From: Neocallimastix sp. 'constans'
Lineage: Eukaryota
Direction: 5' to 3'
Length of the DNA: 64,000 nucleotides
Assembly: GCA_050613775.1 (NCBI GenBank)
Contig: JBODTK010000011.1
Coordinates: 248,001 to 312,000, forward strand
The notes below the pieces were generated by a model. The model searched no databases and was not told the DNA's origin. It saw only the letters and a program-made list of their open reading frames with translations. This document shows positions 52,557-64,000 of this stretch, piece by piece. Position 1 is the first letter of the stretch; every line of letters starts with the position of its first letter. The position numbers and the translations under genes were made by a program.

Positions 52557-53078
52557 CATAAATTAATTATTAATAAATGTATAAAAAGTCTGAATAAATA
52601 AATTTTTATAATTTTTTGTGATACTTTATATTAAATTCTGTATGGATTAATTTATAATAGAATTAATTTATAAAAGGATTTATTTATAAAAGGATTAATT
52701 TATAATAGGATTATAATTTATGATATGGGACTGTGGATCAAATTTTAAACAATAAAGATTTATTAATTTTTATGATAATAAAAAAAACAAATAAATAAAC
52801 AAATAAATAAATAAACAAATAAATAAATAAATAATAAATTTTTATACACTTTTATTTCTTTTATGATTATAACGATTATAACATCTATTTATTAATTAAT
52901 ACAATTTAATTATTAATTTTAAACTTTATTTATTTATTTATTTATTTATTTATTTTATATATAAGTATTCAAAAAGTTACAAAAAAAAATTTTTTTTAAC
53001 AACAAAATAAAATATTATAAAATAAATATTTAATAAAAATAAAAAATATTTTACTAAATTTTATTTAAAAAAAAAAAA

Positions 53079-54029
53079 ATGAAAACATTTATTTTAATTA
53101 CTTTATTATATACTTTAATATTTGTTTTTGGTATTAATGCTTTCAATGTTACTATCTCTGATAGAGATTTAGCAAACTATGAAAAGGAAACTAATATTAA
53201 GAAAAATATTAAATTTAATGGTAAAAGATTATTAGATGTTTACTATGATAAAAATGATACAAAAAATAAAAAGAAAGTTGTCATTTATATTTATGGTAGT
53301 GCATGGACTAATGGTGATAAGATAGGTCAAACTAAGATTGGTTCCCTTCTTCAAAGTGAAGATTATGTTGCTGTCATTCCAAATTACGTCTTATTCCCAA
53401 ATGGTTGTGTTGAGGATATGGTGGATGACGTCTATAAAGCTATTAATTGGACATACAAGAATATTTCAAAGTATGGTGGTGACAAAAAGAAGATATATGT
53501 CTGTGGTCACTCTTCTGGTGCTCATCTTACAGCTTTAACTTTCATTAAGTCAACTCTTCATCTTAAAAATAAAGGTATCCCTCTTAAAAGTTTACCTGCC
53601 CTTAAAAAGATTATTTTATTAAACGGTCCATATGCTTTTGATCAAGAGTTCATTGCTTACAATTTGAAAAGTTTAGGCGGTATGTCTCCTGTGGCTCAAG
53701 ATATAGAACAACAACTTTTACTTCAACAATTAATGGTGAAGTACATTATGGATGAGAGCATTTCTCCAGTGGCTATTCTTAAAAAATTGAAAAAGAACTC
53801 CATTAGTAATAAATTTAATGTTGAAAAGCTTGTTTTCTTTTACACATCGGACGATGCTGTTATTCCAGAATCTTCTTCCAAACAATTAATGACTGAACTT
53901 CTCCGTATCAGTCAATGTTCTTTAGAATACATTTATGAAGAAGGTTTAGGTCATTCTACCATTACGGATGGTGTTAGAGATGATAATGAAAAGTATAACG
54001 AATGGTTCATGAATATAATTCGTTCGTAA
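53079..54029 (+). CDS. Secreted alpha/beta hydrolase (carboxylesterase/lipase, HSL/BD-FAE-like), intronless
   Basis: 316-aa ORF with a signal peptide. Motifs: LDVY, VVIYIYGSAW..GDK, YGGD..IYVCGHSSGAHL (nucleophile elbow), DDAVIP (acid) and LGHS (catalytic His). Confidence 0.9.
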   Translation: MKTFILITLLYTLIFVFGINAFNVTISDRDLANYEKETNIKKNIKFNGKRLLDVYYDKNDTKNKKKVVIYIYGSAWTNGDKIGQTKIGSLLQSEDYVAVIPNYVLFPNGCVEDMVDDVYKAINWTYKNISKYGGDKKKIYVCGHSSGAHLTALTFIKSTLHLKNKGIPLKSLPALKKIILLNGPYAFDQEFIAYNLKSLGGMSPVAQDIEQQLLLQQLMVKYIMDESISPVAILKKLKKNSISNKFNVEKLVFFYTSDDAVIPESSSKQLMTELLRISQCSLEYIYEEGLGHSTITDGVRDDNEKYNEWFMNIIRS

Positions 54030-56049
54030 GTTAAATTTTAAAGGGATATATTTTGAAAAAAAATTTTTTTCTTTAGTAATTAAAACAAGAAATAATAAAA
54101 GTAATTTAATTAAAAATAAAATAGAAAAAAATTCAAAAAAAGAAAAAAGTAAATTCATAAATTTACATAATTAATGATCTTTTTTTTATTTTAAAAAAAA
54201 ACCATAAAATAAAATTAACAACTAAGAAAATTCATAAAAAAAGTAAAAAGAAAAAAAAAATTAATATTTTAGATATAAATAAAAAATAAATATATAAAAG
54301 CTAATATAATAGAATGAAAATTCTAAAATAAAATAAAAAAAAAATAGAAATAAAAATAGAAATACAAATACAAATAGAAAAAAAGTATCAAAAAAATATT
54401 AAATAAAATAAAATAAAAAGTAAATTTTTAAATACATATAAAAGAAATAATAAATAACAAAATAATAAAAATAAAATATAAAGTAGATTTATAAATAGAA
54501 AAAAAATATAAAAAATAAATAATAAAATAATAAAAATAAAATATAATGTAGTTTTATAAATAGATAAATAATAAATAAGTATATAAATTGATAAATAATA
54601 GAATTACAAAAAAATAATAATAAAAAAAATAAAATTAAAATAAATAAAATAGATAAAAAAAAAAAAAAACACTATTGAATAAACAAATAAATTATGTCTA
54701 TTATTTTTTTTTTTATATGATTATTTAATTTTTTGGGGGGATAATATTTAGTATTATCAATGTTTAAGATTATTAAAATGATATTTTAAAAAATATTAAT
54801 ATATTTATTTTAAAAAGTTTATGATTTAATATAATCCTATTTTTATCCAAAATGAGGATTATATTAAAACTTTGGAGTATTTGGTTTCTGTAGTTGATAG
54901 CTATAGCTATAGCTATAGCTATAGCTATAGCTATTATTATTATTATTATTATTATTTTTTTTTTTTTTTTTTTTTTTTGAGTAATGGATTTCCATGATAT
55001 TGAATGACTTCCTAATACGAAAATATTATCCTGAAGTGAATTTTTTTTTTCACTTCATCACCAGCAAAAAAATATATATATTTATATATATGGCATCATA
55101 ATAAAGCTTTTTTTTTCTTTCCATTATTATGGATTGAAGAGATTGAATAGTCCCCGGGTACCCCGCTTTTTTTTTTTTTTTTTAATATTTTTTTAATAAT
55201 ATTTTGGATATTTTGAATATATCTACCTTCTGTATTTAAATCAGCCAACCTCGGTTATGTTGAATTCCAAAAAAAAAAAAAAAAAAAATCTTGCAACTTG
55301 ATTTTTACTTCAAATAGATATATCTGGTCCTTTTTTTTTGTTCAACTTTTAATTGATACCCTTATACTAGAGGAATCCCATATCTAATATCCATCTTTTA
55401 TCCTTAGTTTTATTAATTTTTTTATAGAGTTTTTTTTTCTCAATTTTTAATTGATACTCTATATTAGAGGGAGTCTATATCCAATATCCATCTTTTGTCA
55501 TTATTTTTATTAATTTTTTTTTTTAATATAATCTTTTTTGATTAATTTTGAATTTTGTAGCTACAATTAGTTTTCTAATAATATTAAATTTCAAATGAGA
55601 TAAAAATGGCTTCCTGTTTTTTTTCCCTTACAAATTATGCGAATTTTGACTAGACCATTTTAATTTTCTTACCAGGAGGTGTCGTAGTAAATCCATCAAG
55701 CGATGTTTTTTTTTTTTTTAGACAAGGAAAAGAATACATTTCTATTGAATTATTTATTAATTATAAAAAAAAATTATAATATTAATATTAATTAATATAT
55801 TTTATGTATTTAAAGGTAAAAATACCTTATAAATATATCAAAAATAAAAAAGAAAATATTATATAAAAAAAATGTATCTATTAAAAAATAATAAAGTTAA
55901 ATGTAAATACAATACAATGAAAATATAATGAAGTTGAGAATTTAAAAAGTTATTATGATATTATGATCTAAATAGAAATCATTTCTACTAAAAAAAAAAA
56001 AAAAAGATAAAAAATAATAAAATATTTATTTAATAAAATAAAAACCAAG

Positions 56050-57990
56050 AATAAAGTTAACATCTACAAAATAGATAGTGTAGAGACCACTAAATGCTCC
56101 CTCAGCTCAAGAGAAATATTATTAGAAGATTCAATTTCATGTAGATTTCATTGTCGTTGTCGTTGTTTTGTTAAAAAAGATCTGTTATAATATATACTAT
56201 TTTATGATAAGATATACTTTAAGAGGACTTAGTAATAGAGGTTCTTCCTCATGCTATATCGGTTAGACGTTGACTCTCTTGGTGATTGTGAAAAATTTTT
56301 TTTTTTTTTAAAAAAAAAAAAAATCACTCAATTAAAAGGGAAAAAAATCATTTGTAAAAAGGTACACCTAGGTAGGTAGAGCATTTCATTTTCATTTTTA
56401 GGTTAAATTCTTGTCTTGAAAGATAAAAGGGTAGGGTGACCATTATTAAGATATTTGTAAAATATCCCCATTCGTACTACTAAACTGGCGTATTTATTGA
56501 TATTGCATATCAAATGGCATTTCATTTGTTCTTAGCCCATCTAATCTACTGAAAAATTTTATTAATTTCTTAAGTTGAGATCTTATTGGAGCACAATAAT
56601 AATAACAGCAATGTCATCTACAAAGAGAGACAGAACAGACCTCCCACAACCACAACAGCATTTTATCCCCAATCGAGATTCCATATATCATAAATCCTAT
56701 TTATTATTAAAAAAAAAAAAAAGAATGTTATGTCATTAATGTAAAAAGTTAAAAGCAAAATTGGTAAGAGGGAGAGGGGTCAACCTTAAGGACGAATACC
56801 TTTCTTAATACTAAATGATTCCTGATAATGATCCTCAAATGGACCTTGATATCAAAGGACATTTCATTTTTATTAGCCCAACAAAATAAAAAAAAAAAAA
56901 AAAAAAAAAAACATGACAAAGTAGGGCCTTCATTTTTCTTTCACTTGGGACTATAAAAACAATATCATCAGCGAAAAAAGACTACTACAACATTTTTTTT
57001 ATTACAATACTAACACCATTTTTATCACAATTATTTAAAAATATCATTAATGAATAAAATTAAGCAAAATTAGTGATAATGGAGAGCCTCGTCTAACACC
57101 ATAATGAATAGGAAAATTCATTTGATATCATATCAAGGTAATGAGCTCCTCTAGCTTCAGAAGTAAGATAGAGCTCAAAAATGAAAATCAAAAGCATTTG
57201 TCACGAATACCAAGGTGAAAGATTTTTGTAAGAATGTTGAAAATAGAAACAGAGTCATTGACTTTTTTACCAATCAAAAAAAGCTACATATATCAATTGA
57301 CTCTTTAAATTTTTTCTTTTTTGACACATTTCTCTAAATAGAAATGTAAAGACTGATGCATTCTTCATGATTTCGAAAAAAAACCAAATTATTCATGTTT
57401 AATAAAATTATGTTCATTAAGTAAATTTAGAGATTCTATCTGTGACTATTTTTGTTAGAATTTTTAAGACCGACATTAATATGAGAAATACCTCTATCAT
57501 TATTACAATTAGAAAGATCACCTTTCCTTTGGAATAGAAACAATAGATGTAGAGTTTCATTCATTAGGAAAAGAACCTTTCCAAATTTTGTTAAAAATAA
57601 TCTCAATGAATTTTACCAGCAGAAGGAAAGACTTTCTTCGAGATCATGATTACAAAAGAAAACTTTATAAAATTCAATAGGAATACCATCTAGGTCCCAA
57701 GGAACTTTGTTACGCTTCCTAGAAAGTACTATATTTCTTATCATCATCATTAGAGAGTGAAATAGGATCATTTATATTCCAGGTATTTGGATTACCAGAA
57801 TTATTACGGGAAAACATTTGCTCAATAGTCCTGGTTTAAGTTGTGACCAGTAGAATCAGACACTAAGTTCTTGTAACGTTTAGCCCAACGTTTAAGTTGA
57901 TCATTGGGATCAAATAGATCCAGATGGGATTTAGACTTAACAAGATGAAGAGGAAAAGTTTGAATAGGCAGGTTTAGAGATTTTCTTAAG
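56050..57990 (-). mobile_element. Degraded LINE (non-LTR) reverse transcriptase region, at least two overlapping fragments
   Basis: Motifs in order: DGIPIEFYK, SIVSIP..GDLSNCNNDRGISHINVGLK.ILTKIVTDRI, GVRRGSPLS, FADDIV, a second FVDDI, and YLGVPF. Many stops and frameshifts. Confidence 0.85.
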
Positions 57991-58249
57991 ACCACGCCAA
58001 CACTGACTATAGTATTTGTTTATAAAAAAAAAAAAAAAAAAAAAAGAAGTTAACTAATTTTAACATTATTTGCTTTATTTGCTTTATAAACGATTGGAAT
58101 GTTAAGGAGCTTTTTTAAGCTTTCACGAAAGCTTTGCATTTTTTTTTTTTTTTTTGTTAGGCGCAATTATTGCGAACTTTAATCTTTATTTAATTATTCT
58201 TATATAAAATACATGAATACTTTTAATTTTAATTAAAAAATAAAAAAAC

Positions 58250-59460
58250 ACAGAATTAATAAAATAAATAAATATTATTTGTCCAATTTGAACATAATAA
58301 TAAATGAAATAGTAACATGAAATAAAAAGTAGTAATCAAAAATAAGTGTATAAATAAATTCAGAAAAAAGTTCATATACAACGAACCTCACCTCCTTATG
58401 GATTAGGGTTTTAATTGTCTATCTGAAAGAAATTATGGTCTTCTCCTTCAGAGGCATTGGCCCCTGCTAACCTGTCTTACTGCATTTTCAGCGTTGACAC
58501 TCCTGGTTAGTTTGCGTTTATACTTTCGGAATAGTAATTGCCGAGTACTAGACCGAGGCATAATTTCTGTAAAGAGAGCCGCAGATTGCACCAAGAAAGG
58601 CGTTTTTTGAATAATCACCAAAAATGATTTGGTTCTTAAACAAAATATCCCATTCCTTTTTATAATTTAAATCTATTATGATTGCATCCCTTCCACCAAG
58701 AAGGAAGTTATATAATCGGTACCACGTCACATATGTATTTACACACTCTTTCAAAAATTACTTAAATTACCACGATTTTCACCAATTGAACTATTCACTA
58801 AATTAGAAGTAACGATATTATAATTTTCAATATCACTAATATTAATATTCCTATTTTCACTTATCACTATTTTCTACTATTATTAACAATATTATTTCTA
58901 TTGTTAATATTATTAATATTATACCCTTCGTTATCAGAATCAGAACTTAATTCTATATTATTCATATCTGTGATAACTGTGTCTACATTACTATTAGATA
59001 TTGGACAATATTTAGAAATAATATAAAATATTTCATAAAGAATTTCAATATCCTTAAAATATTTCATTCGAAATTCACAGAAAAGATAGCATTTAGAAAA
59101 CTAATGTTCCAATCGAGAATTACTATTTTTTCTATAACAACAAGGACACCTTTCAGGACAGTCTTCTTCAATCATTTTGGCGACTTTGGCAGCATCAAAT
59201 TTATATCTACATCTGGCCCGAAGTACCCATCTGAAGCCAATGCTAAATTCAGGATATTTATAATTTAGCTTAAGATTGAAGTATTAATATATTCTTTAAC
59301 CATATCATCTGCTGATGTTTCATCAAATTTGAATTTCAAGATTACTTGCTAAAAAAAAAAAAAAAATAAAATAATTATGAGACCATAAATTTATATCCAA
59401 AGTATAACAAGTATGTTTAGATCATTTGAAAGTTTTTCTTAGGATTATTATAACCATCTG
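58250..59460 (-). mobile_element. Probable 3' end of another LINE copy (ORF2 C-terminal Zn knuckle region)
   Basis: WVLRARCRYKFDA..., then CPERCPCC...LEH...KC, running into tracked ORFs 58867..59067 and 58548..58754. Confidence 0.55.
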
Positions 59461-60086
59461 ATAGATATACTATTACTTAATGAATAAAAAATAGAAAATA
59501 AAAAAAAAAAAAAAAAATTAATTAAATAACTTTGATAAAAATAATTTCAATTTCAATTTCAAACCACTACCCAATAAGCAATAATACTAGAAAAAAAAAA
59601 AAAAAAAAAAAAAAAAAACATTCATGGCGTTTGGTTTTTTTTTTTTTTTCTTAATCATCACCCCCAGATATCTATGAGAATTAAAGATGATGATGATGCT
59701 TCTCTCAGTTATACCCCTATAGTAGACACTCCTGAGAAGAATTATTTACAAATCAATTAAAAAAAAAAAAAAAAAAAATAATAATAATAATAATAAAAAT
59801 AAAAGAAACACACTTTAATTAAAATAAATAATCAAAAAAAAATTTTTTTTTTCTACTTTTAAAATTTTAAATACTACAGAAAATATTATTTTTAAAATTT
59901 ATAAATATTTTCTTTCTTTTTTTTTTTTTTTAAATTTTTTTAATTTTTTTTCTTTTTTTTAATTTTTGATAGTTTAAAAAAAAAATTTTTACATATTTAT
60001 TCTTTCAACTATTTCAATTATATAAGTAATTGTTTATTTTTATTTAAATTATAAATAATATCAACAATATTTTTATATAAAATGAT

Positions 60087-60128
<42 letters not shown>

Positions 60129-60365
60129 TCAAATAAAAGAAAAAGAAAGAAAACATAAAATTACAATTTTAATTTCTGTTATCTTTTTTTTTTTTTTTTT
60201 TTTTTTAAATAATTGCTATTATAATTTTTATTATATAATTATTAATATTTACTACAAAAATATAAAAAAAAATGATGATGTTAATATGCTAATGTTAAAA
60301 TATGTTATTATATATATATGAGGAAATGTTGATTTTGTTCATTCTGCAGGTAATTTTTTCTTTTT

Positions 60366-60396
<31 letters not shown>

Positions 60397-60434
60397 TTAT
60401 TATTATTATTTATTTATTTATCTATTAAACTTAA

Positions 60435-62266
60435 TTATTTAGATCTGATAGACTTTCCTCTATTAATGTAATTTCCATTTTTTCCACTTTGGTATCTAGA
60501 ATCTCTATATTCATTTCTATTACGGCTACTATATGAATTATTAAATCCTTTTCTCTTGTGTTTTTCTTCTGCTAAAACCTTATGACCATCAATCATCACA
60601 CTTTTAGCAGCAATTGCCTTCTTTACTGATTCAACAGTAGCAAATTCAACAAAGCCATTATGCTATTTATATTAATTAAAAACAAACAATTCGATTAATA
60701 TTTCTTTAAATACATTATTTCTTACTTTTTTTTTTTTATTCATTTTTAAAATATTGTAATTATAAAATAATTTTTATTAAATATTAAAAATTGTTCAAAA
60801 AAAAATTATTTTTTTTCTACTTTTTAAAATTATTATTACTTTTTTTGTAATTTATAAATATACTACAATATATAAATATAAGATAAAACTAAAAAAAAAA
60901 AAAAAAAAACTTACTCTATTGTAGAAAACATCAATATTTTTAACTTCACCAAACTTTGAAAAAGCTTCCTTTAATTTATCTCTAGAAATATTATCATTAA
61001 CATCCTTTATAAAGATTTCTCTTTCAAAGTTGATCTTTTGATCTTGACGAACACCACGGCCTTGAGTAGTTTTACTAGCATTTGGTAATGATTTGCTTTC
61101 AACCTTTGAAACTTCCTTATAATGAGTAGTTGTAGCATGACTATTATTAGAAGTATTAAAAGCAGTAACTGTAGCAAAAGATTTAACCTGATTAGTTCTC
61201 TTTGTTTCATTTTCAGTAGCAGATTCAGTTAATTCATTAGTTGGATCAGTCGTAGCAGTATTAATAGTTGTAGTAGTTGAGTTAGTGACATCAGCAGTAG
61301 TAGTTGTTTCATTGGTAGATGGAGCTTGAGTAGTACTTGTAGCATTATCAGTAGTATTAGCTTCACTAGTAACAGGGGTACCATCTGTTTCTGTAGTAGT
61401 ATTTAATTCAGTAGTAACGTTAGTAGTAGTGGTAGTAGCTGGAACCTCAACTTGTTCTTCAACTACTTCTGTTTCAACCTTCTTTTCCTCAATAATTGGT
61501 TTAGTTTCCATTGTTTCTAAGTTTTCCTTTTCTTCTAAACCAGCTTCATTTTCAATAACTAAAGATTCATTCATTTGTTCAATGATCTCTTCAGTCATCA
61601 TGGTATTTGCTTGATTATCCATATATTGTTCTTGGGTAGCATAATTTTCATTTGGAGCATCAAAATCTTCATATTCGTTTTCAATATCTTCCTTTAAGAA
61701 TCGAATAATATCGTTAAGAACAAAATAACCATTTGGTTGCTTAGCTAAGAAGAAGGTTTGAGCAAATTTGTGAGATGCACCACCCTTATTAGACATTTCA
61801 CCTAAAACTTGAATAATGATACCATCATTACTAGAAACTTGACTATCAACATTTGAGACTAAAACTTTACAATCTTCATATTCAAGTTCCTTAATTCTTT
61901 TATTAATTTCCTTTAAAATATATAATAATAAATATTAATATGAATATTTAATTTTTTAAAATGATATCTTTATTTAAATATCAATTTATTCTAAATAAAA
62001 AAATTAATACAGATAACAATATAATATAATATAATATATATTTATTATATTTATCTGTAAAATATAAAAAATATTGTATATAAAAATTAAACACTTACAG
62101 ATTGTCCATGATATATTTTTGAACTTTCACCTTCGCTACCATTACAATAGTATGAATCTTTATTATAAAATTGATGAAGTTTTTCTGGACTATTGTTCAT
62201 GATGGTATAATATTCTTGAACAAATAACCAACTAACTTCAAATGGACTAAACTTCTTATCAGACAT
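60435..62266 (-). CDS. NTF2 + RRM protein (G3BP / Bre5 / Nxt3 family), 3 coding exons
   Basis: NTF2 domain: FVQEYYTIMNNSPEKLHQFY, VDSQVS...IIIQVLGEMSN, KFAQTFFLAKQPNGYFVLNDIIRFL. Acidic/Thr-rich linker. RRM (LKEAFSKFGEVK..AFVEF-like). Arg/Asn-rich tail. Confidence 0.92.
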
Positions 62267-63951
62267 CTATATATATTAATAATTAATTATAAAAATAAGA
62301 TATTATTGAACAATACTAAAACAATATATATACAATTATATATTCTAAACTATTTTAATAATATTAACCCCAAATCTTTATATATTTATAAATAGTAATA
62401 CATTAATACAAAGAAAAAAAAAACATTTTAATTTATACTATTTATGATCATATTAATCTATTTACTTATTTTTAAAACTAACGTTAACAACAATGATATT
62501 AATAATGATAATACAATATTATATACTTTATATGTATATATATTTTTTATATAAATAATTAAGTAAAATACTATTTTATTTGTTTGTTTGTTTGATTATC
62601 ACATTATTGTTCAAGTATTTTTTTAACTTTATTATCATTTTATTATTTATAAATATATATATTAACTTCTCTACTATAATAGTATAATTTTTAAAATATA
62701 AAAAAAATCATTTTAAATACATATAAAAATTATATACACTAACCTTGAAAAAGAATATATAATTATTAAATTAAATTAAAATAAATATAAAATATAGTAG
62801 TGTTTATAAAATAATAAATATTTAGGTTTTCTGTTATTTTATAATTATATATAATTAAAATTTAATAGTTTTTTTTTTTTATTCAAAATTTTTTTTAAAT
62901 TTTATTTCATTATATATTTTATATTGTATAAAGTTTATCAATTATTTTATTTGAAAATTTGATGATAAATGTATTTTTGTTATTGTTTTATGTATTTTAT
63001 ATATTTTTAATAGGTTTTTACAATTATAATTATAGAAATAATAATATATATTAAAATAAAAAATATTAATTTGAAATTTTAAATTAATATTATATTATGA
63101 AAGATCTATTTAACTTTTAAAAGATACATATAATAAAATAATTTTATATAATATATATATGTTTTCTGCATTTTAAATGTTTTTATTTTTTTTTACCTTT
63201 TTGTAATAAAGAAATAGTATTACTGATTTGATTTCAATAAAACGCAAAAAATTTTAATTTGATGTTTGTGGAGAGCGTATTACGAATAAATATATATATA
63301 TATATATTTCGCTTTTTTTTTTTTTTTTTTTTTTTTTATTAAATGATATATAAGGGTTATATTAATAAATTATATAATATTTATAAAATTAATTTTTAAT
63401 TTAAAAAAAAAAAAAAAAAAAGGAATTTAAAATATAATCTTTAAGTTTTCTCTTTTTTTTTTTTTTTTTTTTTTATTATTAATATTATTGTTTTATTAAA
63501 GAACAAAGTGAACTTTTTCTTTTTTTATTTTTTTATAAATAAATAAAATAAAAATAAAATAAATATAAATATATATATATTTATGAAAAAAAATGTTAAA
63601 AAAAGAAAAAAAGATTAAACGTTTATGGATTGTTTAAAAAAGTATTAATATATAAATATAAATAAGTGAATAAATTAAATAATATTAAGATAAATATATT
63701 AATAAATACAATAAATAATTAAATAAATAAATAATTTTTTTTTATTTACTTTGCAAATAAAATTTTTTTTAAATTAATTTTTTTAAATTATTGACAATTT
63801 AAAATAATATATTATGAAATATATTATGAATATAATATAATTTAATTTAAATATAAATTAATGAAATAAAAATTAATAATTAATTTTATAATTTAATTAA
63901 AAAAAATTTTAATAATAAAAAAAAAATTATAAAATATTAAATATTAAATGT

Positions 63952-64000
63952 TAATAATAAATAATAAATAATAAATAATTGAATAATAAATAATAAATAA
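63952..64000. repeat. Start of another (AATAAAT)n satellite array, truncated by the window
   Basis: 7-mer repeat including the AATTGAAT variant seen at about 14160. Confidence 0.7.

Noticed and set aside
52578..52848. Possible MITE with 10-bp inverted ends TGTATAAAAA/TTTTTATACA
   Set aside because: Such short AT-rich inverted repeats are expected by chance here, and there is no convincing TSD.

Overview
Extremely AT-rich, intron-dense eukaryotic DNA. The composition, a kinesin-2 motor and a solute-binding-protein/7TM receptor point to an anaerobic gut fungus (Neocallimastigomycota); this is an inference. I spliced nine protein-coding genes by hand: two tandem, diverged DDT-WHIM (ISWI-partner-like) paralogues, VPS15, a Ctk3 + Eyes-absent (EYA) phosphatase fusion, KIF3-type kinesin-2, an ankyrin-DysF-MIT-like-FYVE-RING protein, an SBP-7TM receptor, an intronless secreted alpha/beta hydrolase, and a G3BP/Bre5-like NTF2-RRM protein. 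Intergenic DNA holds degraded Ty1/copia, Ty3/gypsy and LINE fragments, a Mutator-like MITE with a 9-bp target-site duplication, and AT satellites. The most striking item is the Ctk3-EYA fusion: the Ctk3 C-terminal domain and the EYA catalytic motif WDLDET lie in one uninterrupted exon. Domain calls come from motif recognition only, with no database search. Some gene starts and TE borders are approximate.
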